From Candidatus Korarchaeum cryptofilum OPF8 (GTDB taxonomy: Archaea > Korarchaeota > Korarchaeia > Korarchaeales > Korarchaeaceae), in contig NC_010482.1 of assembly GCF_000019605.1 (NCBI RefSeq), forward strand, positions 840,001 through 872,000: a DNA stretch of 32,000 bases, written 5' to 3'. The position numbers and the translations under genes are program-made. Positions 17,082-23,741 of the stretch are shown here, piece by piece (the first letter of the stretch is position 1; the number at the start of each line of letters is the position of its first letter). The notes below the pieces were generated by a model, which worked only from the letters and a program-made list of their open reading frames with translations, made no database searches and had not been told where the DNA came from.

Positions 17082-17882
17082 GGGACATCACTGCGCCATC
17101 GGAGAGGCTCTTAATATAAAAATAATGAGCCCCCTCGATACGGCCCCATAATAAATTCTAATTAGACCCCTGGCTCCTAATATATTTGTCCTTTTTCCCT
17201 TATTAGATGGCATAAATCCATGAGATCAAAATATAGTGAAGATAATGTTGCCCTAGTACTAACTCATCGTAGAGACTATTTTATCTTCCCATAATGGAAT
17301 TCACAATGGGCTTTACTCCCATATTGAGATTCTAAGCTGAAGGTACAGAGATGCCCAAGTTAGACTTCTTCAGAGGGATCTGGTAGTCGAACATCTTCTT
17401 CAGTACTCTTGATCCGGGGTAGGAGTACCTGTAGAATGGAGTATGAAGGTCATCTAGCCCTCTGAATGGCGATAAGTAGAGGACTTAAGACGAAAAGCTT
17501 ATGCTAAATGATAATGAAAAGCGTAGAGAATATGAGAGAATCCCTAATTAAGCAAAGCCAAGCTAAAGGAACTCCGCATCTGTACTGAAGTCCTAGCGTA
17601 GAAATACTCATGAACTTCCGTAAGCTTTACTGGCTCTCATCCATTTATCTCGAGAATCTCATGTTGCCGCCCTCTGGAAGTGGATTATTATGGATATCTC
17701 CTCAGCTTGATATATCTTCTCATCCGAGAGCTTTATTAAGACCCTCCTGCTATACCTCAGCAGCCTCAGCGTCCCAGTAAGAGAACTAGAGCTTCTCGGC
17801 ACCTTCTAAACAGCAATTTTCAATACTCCCATAAGCTTAGAATCTTATTATTATAACTTTTTCAGATCAATCAGACTGAATA

Positions 17883-18277
17883 TTAGTGGGCCTCCTTCTG
17901 ACAGTTAGGGGTTCTTATCAACTTCTTGAGCTCGGCCACTAGCTGCTTCACATCCTCTGAGTACTCCCTGACCACATCCCCACGCAACCAGTTCTCATAG
18001 AAGTTCTGGTGCAATGTGCTGGCTACGGAGAAGAGCCTCCTCAACTCAGGGTTCCTCTCCTCCTCCCCCAATCTCCTGACGAAGCTGAAGAGCTCGTGCG
18101 AGGAGATCGAGATCCCCCTACTGGCAGCCACCGCCTTGACCATTAAAGCTGCAGCGCCCCACAGTTTCTCTGATGCCTGAACGTGATCCTTAGATAGGAG
18201 ATCCTCGGCCTCCCTGAGGTACTTCTCCGAGAGCCTTGCGGCTCCGCTCTATCGGATGGATCTATCTCCTCATCCAT
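17883..18277 (-). pseudogene. PaREP1-family protein gene, N-terminal region frameshifted
   Basis: The frame of listed ORF 17883..18143 is open 35 codons further upstream (SGAARLSEKYLREAEDLLSKDHVQASEKLWGAAAL-MVKAVAASRG...STLHQNFYENWL). This matches my recollection of the PaREP1 consensus (QASEKLWGAAA, LH-NFYE). The only upstream ATG (18277, MDEEIDPS...) is in another frame, and a TAG at 18249-18251 closes the main frame. Confidence 0.5.
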
Positions 18278-18308
18278 TCCCCTGCACAGAGCCTCTAGAG
18301 CTATTAGA

Positions 18309-18635
18309 TCATATTGCTCCTATCAGCCTGAGGAGTATCGGGATTACAGTCGCACCCCATATCGTCAGAATGATTCCTATGGTCCACTTGAAGTCGCTGT
18401 GCACCTCATTTCTCAGCTGAGCCATCTCTCCCCTTAACTGTGTTATCTCATTTCTCAGCTGAGCTATTTCACTCTTGAGATCCTTTATGTCCTCCTTTTT
18501 TGCTACATCAGGCAGGATTGAATTTATCATGAAGAGTCTCACATCCGGCTCAGATACGATCAGCTCCGCGAGCCTCATCTTCAGCTTCTTATTCGCTTCT
18601 ATCTCCCCTATTACCCTCTCGCCGAGAGATTCCAT
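18309..18635 (-). CDS. Coiled-coil protein with C-terminal TM anchor (DUF1640-like)
   Basis: This is the C-terminal 108 aa of listed ORF 18309..19001: MESLGERVIGEIEANKKL...EIAQLRNEITQLRGEMAQLRNEVHSDFKWTIGIILTIWGATVIPILLRLIGAI. It has its own TATA-like box 26 nt upstream of ATG 18635. The architecture parallels ORF 24174..24683. Confidence 0.5.
   Translation of the reverse strand: MESLGERVIGEIEANKKLKMRLAELIVSEPDVRLFMINSILPDVAKKEDIKDLKSEIAQLRNEITQLRGEMAQLRNEVHSDFKWTIGIILTIWGATVIPILLRLIGAI
18408..18470 (-). repeat. 3 x 21-nt in-frame tandem repeat (heptads E-I/M-A/T-Q-L-R-N/G)
   Basis: Read directly. Units 18408-18428 and 18450-18470 match at 19/21 positions. The middle unit is more diverged. 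Confidence 0.8.
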
Positions 18636-19364
18636 CGTTAAATAGAGAAAGGAGAGAATATAAACCTTAACTTTCCCAGAAGTTAGCTTCCCAATAGATC
18701 TGAAAGACTCCTTACTAGTGTGAGCTCCGCCAGATTCCAATGCTCCGGATTTCTCGGCAGGATCAACTCTCTTCCAAGATCTTCCGAGCTTCCGAAACAT
18801 CCTCTCAATGTCCGATAACCTCGCTCTCACATCCTCAGGATCGAACTTCGCCTCGTGGAAGCCCCAGACGTGTAACGTCCACGCCCTATCCCATGCAGCG
18901 CTGAACAAATCCCCCAATCTCTCAGAGATCCTCAGAACAGCCTTCTCAAGCTTCCCAATGCATCTACCGCTCCTCTCAACATCCTCGAGTATATCCCTCA
19001 AATTGAAGTGAGTCGCGAGCGCTTTAGTAACTTCCTCCGCAGCCTTGTAGAGCTTCTCACTAGCCTGAACAGGATCCTTATCGATGAGGTTCTTTCTATC
19101 GCTGAAATTCGATCAAAGAGATCTCCAAATACATTAGCAAGGTCCCTCAACGGAGGGGTAAGAGCCCTTAGATATAGCTGGAGCATCGCTCTATCAACTC
19201 GGAGATCCTTACCGTATCTGCTATTATGGGCACTGTTATATCTAATCTCCCTTGAGAGAGTAATCCTTTGCCCTGTCCCCGTAAAGGGAGGCGAGGATAA
19301 CCATTAAACGCGTTCTCGAGATTCTCAATGATCTCCAAAACATCTCGGGAGGATCAATGGGCAT
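18636..19364 (-). pseudogene. PaREP1-family gene broken by several frameshifts; its 3' part is fused in-frame to the coiled-coil gene
   Basis: The pieces lie in different minus-strand frames. They are MPIDPPEMF... (ATG 19364), EIIENLENAFNGYPRLPLRGQGKGLLSQGRLDI..., ...LRDLANVFGDLFDRISAIER, then KNLIDKDPVQASEKLYKAAEEVTKALATHFNLRDILEDVERSGR...AAWDRAWTLHVWGFHEAKFDPEDV. The last stretch strongly resembles the PaREP1 core (DPVQASEKLYKAAEE, LHV-GFHEA). Confidence 0.5.
18657..18665 (-). promoter_or_regulatory. TATA-like box (GTTTATATT, minus sense) internal to the long listed ORF
   Basis: It is centred ~26 nt upstream of ATG 18635. This supports an independent, probably leaderless transcript for the coiled-coil gene. 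Confidence 0.35.
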
Positions 19365-19505
19365 CCTCAACAAAGATGCATATTACATAAAACCTGAGGA
19401 GCAGTTCCGCATGGTGAGCTGCAGTAATACGGAAACTTGGCGAGACAGAACTCTATGTAAAAAACAAAACATCTAAACTCATAAGCCATGAAAATTTCAT
19501 TCCCG

Positions 19506-20546
19506 TTAAATCCTCTTAATAGCCCTGCGGAGAATCGGGTCCGCGATCGTGTACTCGTCATCGACCTTAACTATCAGTCCGTAATCCATCAGATTCCTGA
19601 GTATATTCGCTAGCGTGGCGTCTGGTATGCGTCCAAATTTAGCTTCCAGCCTCCTCTTAACTTCACTCCAGGAACACCTCTCCATAGCTGAGATCGTCTT
19701 CAGAGCCTCACTATATCTGCTCCCACCTAAGCCCCTTGTTTCGAGGAAGTGTTTGACTTCGGCTAGGACCATGTTTATTGCAGCATCGATTATCGGATCC
19801 ATGGATCTCAATCCCCTCGCATAGTTATATCCAAAGTATGTTAGCCAACCTATAACTCCATTAAAATTCTTCACAGCTTCATCTAGTAAATCGTCACTCA
19901 CATCTACGCCCTCCTGTTCAAATCCCCTCCTGAGGAAGTCCAATGCTGCCTCCCTCATCAATGGCCTGAGCTCTATTGTCTTGTGCGGCCTGCCATAAAG
20001 CGGCGCCTCTGGATCCTCGAACCTCAAGAACTTATGTAGCAAACCGACCTCCGAACCTGAAACCACTATTCTAATGTCCAAATGATCCAATGCATATGCT
20101 AGGAATCCATCGAGCTTAAACTTCAGATTCCTCAATTCCTGAGCTTCATCAAAAACTACAACAGCATCTCCTAAATTCTCGAAGATTCCTAGTAAGACAT
20201 CCGGCCTCCTGAACTTGAATTTAATAACTCCGCCTACCTCAAAGTAGTCAATATTCCTGATGAGCCTCCTAGCCCAGCTCTTCTTACTCACCTCGGCCTC
20301 TATTATACTTAGAAAGCTATCGAAGGATGATGTAGCAGATCTCAGCAATCTACAATCCAGGAACAAGTACTTAACATCAGCTGCATTCAATCCAGTGAGG
20401 ATCAGTGAAGTCTTACCGTACCTCCTCAATCCCCTGACGACTATGAATCTAAACTTACTCAATGAGCTCACGAAATCATTGAGCTCATCCTCCATATCGT
20501 AGAAGTCCTCCCTCCTCCTCTTCGGCTCCAGGGTGAAGTAGGCCAT
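19506..20546 (-). CDS. Archaeal ATPase (Arch_ATPase, PF01637-like) with C-terminal DUF234-like domain
   Basis: N-terminal EDFYDMEDELNDF, P-loop-like GLRRYGKTSL and Walker-B-like VVVFDEAQEL. The C-terminal ...RYSEALKTISAMERCSWSEVKRRLE...LRNLMDYGLIVKVDDEYTIADPILRRAI has the wHTH-like character of DUF234. Confidence 0.8.
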   Translation of the reverse strand: MAYFTLEPKRRREDFYDMEDELNDFVSSLSKFRFIVVRGLRRYGKTSLILTGLNAADVKYLFLDCRLLRSATSSFDSFLSIIEAEVSKKSWARRLIRNIDYFEVGGVIKFKFRRPDVLLGIFENLGDAVVVFDEAQELRNLKFKLDGFLAYALDHLDIRIVVSGSEVGLLHKFLRFEDPEAPLYGRPHKTIELRPLMREAALDFLRRGFEQEGVDVSDDLLDEAVKNFNGVIGWLTYFGYNYARGLRSMDPIIDAAINMVLAEVKHFLETRGLGGSRYSEALKTISAMERCSWSEVKRRLEAKFGRIPDATLANILRNLMDYGLIVKVDDEYTIADPILRRAIKRI

Positions 20547-20547
20547 C

Positions 20548-20581
20548 ACTAACCCCCCTTAGTAACTAACCCCCCTTAGTT
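20548..20581. repeat. Tandem duplication of a 17-nt unit (ACTAACCCCCCTTAGT[A/T]) abutting the ATPase start codon
   Basis: Read directly: 20548-20564 and 20565-20581 match at 16/17 positions. In gene sense each unit carries AAGGGGGGTT, which is Shine-Dalgarno-like. Confidence 0.85.
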
Positions 20582-20745
20582 ATCTAGAGGATGATAACTT
20601 ATTAAACACCCGTGCAACCCTTGAATTTCCACAGTACCTAAGTCAATAATAACATTACTCACGGTTTCAATTTAAAAATTTTTACTTATTTATGTGAGTA
20701 TCACTATGATATGCCCGAAAGTTACAGCAGCACATCGGCTCATGG

Positions 20746-21264
20746 CTAGTTATTGAGTATTCTCAGGTCCGCTCTCGATAAGGCTCCACTGCCTATTACA
20801 CCTTCACAGCACGTATAAGTCTTCATGCTGGGATTAGGTTCCCAGCCTCTTAGGATCTCGATATCCATTCTCCTAGCGACGTGCGATAGGTCCTTATCTC
20901 CAGTAAAGATCTACTTTGAGCTTCAACGCTAGCCATGGTCGAATCAACGAAGCTAAGGGTCCTACTTGCTAATTCGGGGCTTTCCCTCAGCACTCTATCG
21001 CTCTCGACCTTAATCCTAGCTGACTCCACGTAATCTATTATCTTAAGCTCAACGACCCTGAAGTACTCAGAGACCAGCGTTACTACTTCTTCCATGCTCT
21101 TGAAGGTGGGAATCCTACCCCTTAACCAGTGAACGCACAGCTGTAGACCACCGTGACCGGTAGATATCCTATGACCTCACCCCTCCTAACCCGAGTTAGG
21201 ACCTCCGCCTCCTTCACGAGCTCTCCATATGCCATCGCTAGTATCGCGTATCTATGACTACAAC
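20746..21264 (-). pseudogene. vapC: PIN-domain toxin (VapC-like) disrupted by at least three frame changes
   Basis: Minus-strand pieces lie in different frames. They are VVVIDTRY* (from ~21264), MAYGELVKEAEVLTRVRRGEVIGYLPVTVVYSCAFTG*, HWLRGRIPTFKSMEEVV...LSFVDSTMASVEAQSRS... (listed ORF 20850..21095), then IFTGDKDLSHVARRMDIEILRG.... The motifs -IDT-, -D-S-A and TGD-D are PIN hallmarks. It lies directly downstream of and overlaps vapB. Confidence 0.5.
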
Positions 21265-21491
21265 TTCGCTCTCCTCCTCCAAAATGCTTCCTCCTCCTTA
21301 TCTAGCTCCTCCTCAGCGCTACCAGTACAGCACCTCCAGACCTTATCCCAGAGATCGAGCGGCTCTAGTATTATCCTACCTTCCTCAACTCTCACCTCTA
21401 GGAGGGTCCCATCCCTTATGCCGAGAGCATCCCTAATACCCTTGGGTATGGAGGATGTCCTTCTACGGACCTTAACGACTTCCCGCTGCAA
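21258..21491 (-). CDS. vapB: AbrB/SpoVT-type antitoxin (VapB-like)
   Basis: VVKVRRRTSSIPKGIRDALGIRDGTLLEVRVEEGRIILEPL is a textbook swapped-hairpin AbrB/MazE DNA-binding domain. The start is TTG 21491, with a ggagctgatc SD-like motif and a cttataagc TATA-like box upstream. Confidence 0.7.
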   Translation of the reverse strand: MQREVVKVRRRTSSIPKGIRDALGIRDGTLLEVRVEEGRIILEPLDLWDKVWRCCTGSAEEELDKEEEAFWRRRAKL

Positions 21492-21614
21492 GCTTCCCCG
21501 ATCAGCTCCTTCTTTGGTTAGCTTATAAGTTTAACCGAGAGTTAAACAATTGAAGAGCAGCCGTTCCGAGTGGATTGCGGGGGATTTATGATTATTTTAA
21601 CACTCTTAGTCCCT

Positions 21615-21639
21615 TCTTCGGCACTAGGGTGAAGTAGGC
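21615..21639. repeat. Orphan copy of the 5' end of the Arch_ATPase coding sequence
   Basis: tcttcggcactagggtgaagtaggc (21615-21639) matches tcttcggctccagggtgaagtaggc (20519-20543) at 23/25 positions in the same orientation, 1096 bp apart. In minus sense it reads AYFTLVPKK against MAYFTLEPKR at the gene start. The copy has no start codon or gene body. Confidence 0.6.
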
Positions 21640-21909
21640 TGAACTCGAGACCACTATCGTCGATATCCTAAAACTTTTTATCATAAGCTTAATTAGTAGC
21701 ACTCTCTCCATGCTGAAGCTCTGGAGAGGGCTCTCTTCCTCTATTTTTCATGCGGGTTCATTAGACATGTAGCGAGTGACCCCTTCATTAAGAGATCGAT
21801 ACCTCTGGAAATGCCGATTACCTGCCATATCTGAGAGTCATAAGGGACTTTGGAACTGTTTCTCTCTAGCGTAAAGTTTATCAACCTAGCATAAGCTCCC
21901 ATTAATTGA

Positions 21910-23079
21910 ATGCCATTAGAGACCGTTAAGCTCACCGCAAGCTTTAAGCTGGACGGATCTTTTCCAGAGAGCCTCTTCTCGACATACAGAGAGGTCTTAG
22001 GACAACTGCTCGACTACGCTTGGGAGAAGGGGGTCACGAGCTTCAAGAGGCTTAAGGCGGAGAAGTACTGCGAGCTGAGGGCGAGGTATCCTAGCCTTCC
22101 GTCGCATTACATCTACACGGCCTGTCAGATGGCTTGCTCAATATACAAGAGCTTTAGGAAGCTCAAGAGGAGGGGCGCGACAAAGGCCGAGAAGCCCGTC
22201 TTCAAGAAGGAGGTCATAATGCTGGACGACCACTTGTTCAGCCTCGACCTTGAAGGCTGGGAGGCCTCGATAGCCGTCGGAGGCAGCAGGGTTAGGCTGA
22301 AGTTGCTCCACGGGACGTACCACGAGAAGTTCAAGGGCATGAGGGTCGGCCAAGCTTGGCTCGTAAAGAGGGGGAACGATCTCTATTTGAAAGCCGTCTT
22401 CTCCAAGGTCGTCGAGGTGGCGGAGATGGACGAGAGAGCGGTGGCCGTTGACGTGAACGAGAACAACGTCACCTTTGGCACTATGGAGCGCGTGGTGAAC
22501 GTGGAGACCAGGGAGAGGATCATAAGGACAGCCTACTTCCTCAAGCGTAGGAGGCTCCAGTCCAAGCCTAGGCTGAACGAAAAGCCCTTGCTGGCGAAGT
22601 ACAGAGGCAGGGAGCGAAGGAGAGTTGAGGCCATTTACCACGAGGTCGCCAACCGGATAATCGATGAAGCGAAGAAGGTGAAAGCCTCGACCATCGTGCT
22701 GGAGGATCTCACGAATATAAGGGAGAGGATTAAACGGTCAAAAGAGTTGAATGGCAGGCTGAACAGGTGGAGCTTCAGGAAGCTTCAGCGGATAGTGGAG
22801 TACAAGGCGAAACTCGCCGGTCTGAACGTCGTCTATGTCGAAGCTAGAGGGACTTCTAGCCTGTGCCCGATATGTGGGGAAAGGTTAAGCCCGAATGGGC
22901 ACAGGAGGTTGAAGTGTAGGTGCGGATTGGAAGAGGATAGAGACGTCGTAGCCGTGAAGAACCTGCTCCGCAAGTACCGGATGGATGTGGGGGCTTCGTC
23001 CGTTCACCCCGAAGGCCCTCCCATGACGACCGAGAGGGATGAAGAATACGAGGGGGGAAGGGATGAAAGTTTATTCTAG
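21910..23079 (+). CDS. tnpB: TnpB / OrfB RNA-guided endonuclease-like protein (RuvC + zinc finger)
   Basis: 389 aa. RuvC-I is AVAVD(181)VNENN, RuvC-II is TIVLE(265)DLTNI, the Zn finger is C319PIC322...C336RC338, and RuvC-III is EEDRD(345)VVAVKNL. The N-terminal region is typical of archaeal OrfB proteins. Confidence 0.9.
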   Translation: MPLETVKLTASFKLDGSFPESLFSTYREVLGQLLDYAWEKGVTSFKRLKAEKYCELRARYPSLPSHYIYTACQMACSIYKSFRKLKRRGATKAEKPVFKKEVIMLDDHLFSLDLEGWEASIAVGGSRVRLKLLHGTYHEKFKGMRVGQAWLVKRGNDLYLKAVFSKVVEVAEMDERAVAVDVNENNVTFGTMERVVNVETRERIIRTAYFLKRRRLQSKPRLNEKPLLAKYRGRERRRVEAIYHEVANRIIDEAKKVKASTIVLEDLTNIRERIKRSKELNGRLNRWSFRKLQRIVEYKAKLAGLNVVYVEARGTSSLCPICGERLSPNGHRRLKCRCGLEEDRDVVAVKNLLRKYRMDVGASSVHPEGPPMTTERDEEYEGGRDESLF

Positions 23080-23100
23080 ACCAGAACGGTACCAATAATT
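22930..23100 (+). ncRNA. Predicted omega-RNA (reRNA) scaffold overlapping the tnpB 3' end
   Basis: This is placed by analogy with characterised TnpB systems. The only direct observation is an imperfect hairpin at 22991-23018 (gggcttcg / cgaaggccc, one bulged G) followed by G-rich tracts. The extent and 3' end are unknown. Confidence 0.25.
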
Positions 23101-23244
23101 TTCGAGTGGACCGGGGAGACCGATGTAAGTGAGGAGGAGCTCGCGGAAAAATTGGCCGAAATACTTCTGAAGGGGGGCATTAAGGCGAAGCTGGCTCCAG
23201 GATTCAGCGCAGTCAAGGCGGTGGAGGGGAACAGGGAAGATTAA
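23080..23244 (+). pseudogene. 5'-truncated small ORF (possible antitoxin C-terminal half) translationally coupled to the PIN gene
   Basis: 54 sense codons (TRTVPIIFEWTGETDVSEEELAEKLAEILLKGGIKAKLAPGFSAVKAVEGNRED) with no ATG/GTG/TTG start. They begin right after the tnpB TAG in the same frame, and the stop overlaps the PIN start as TAATG. Confidence 0.3.
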
Positions 23245-23741
23245 TGGTGTACATCGACACAAGCGTTTTGGTCGCATACCACTTCAAGGAAGAGGAGCGC
23301 CATCAAAATATCAAAAGCATCGTAGAAGAGCTTAGAAAGGCAAACAACTTTTCGTATCACCCTTAACGAAGCTTTTCCCAAATCTCTAGGAACTTACCGA
23401 AGTACAGACTTCCTTCGCGTCTAAGGAGGCTCAGCGAAAGGACTAGGATCTACATACTCGTGGAACAAATTCTGAAGGATTTGAGTCCTGTAGTTGTGAA
23501 AGATGAGCCTCAGATAAAGAAGTTCAATGAGATTGAAGCCTTTCATATATTTCGAGAAGCTATCGATCATGCGCATAATCTCAAGCTCAGGACCCTCGAT
23601 CTCCTGCACATCATTTATGCCTTAAATCTGGCTAGGAAAGGCCTTTTAGACTCTCTCATAACCCTTGACGAGGGAATAATGGAGAAGAAGGACATCTTAG
23701 AGGAGCTTGGCCTGAAGGTCTATGGGCCGAAAGTGCCCTAG
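23244..23741 (+). pseudogene. vapC: PIN-domain toxin (VapC-like) with in-frame TAA at 23364-23366
   Basis: MVYIDTSVLVAYHFKEEE...NNFSYHP*RSFSQISRNL...(GTG 23460) EQILKDL...LRTLDLLHIIYAL...LITLDEGIMEKKDILEELGLKV. The frame is the same throughout. IDTS, LD-LH and T-D are the PIN acidic-residue contexts. Confidence 0.55.

Larger units (their letters stand above)
21800..23100 (+). mobile_element. Solo tnpB element of the IS200/IS605 (IS1341-like) group; no tnpA; ends not defined
   Basis: It contains an intact TnpB ORF with its own TATA-like box (aaagtttatc, 21873-21882). By eye it is GC3-richer than the flanks. Unrelated coding potential begins immediately after the stop. The boundaries are guesses. 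Confidence 0.45.

Noticed and set aside
21741-21935. 64-aa minus-strand ORF overlapping the tnpB start
   Set aside because: It has no recognisable features. It overlaps the tnpB promoter and start, and probably lies within the non-coding left end of the element.
22125-22641. 167-aa and 71-aa minus-strand ORFs inside tnpB
   Set aside because: Long antisense ORFs are expected in GC3-rich genes. The sequence is P/L/G/H-rich, and the + strand TnpB assignment is unambiguous.
21564-23120. Similar short sequences ttccgagtggattgcggggga (21564-21584) and ttcgagtggaccggggaga (23101-23119), considered as direct repeats flanking the tnpB element
   Set aside because: Only an 8-10-nt exact core (CGAGTGGA) is shared, which is about what chance predicts for windows of this size. 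IS200/IS605 elements do not make target duplications.
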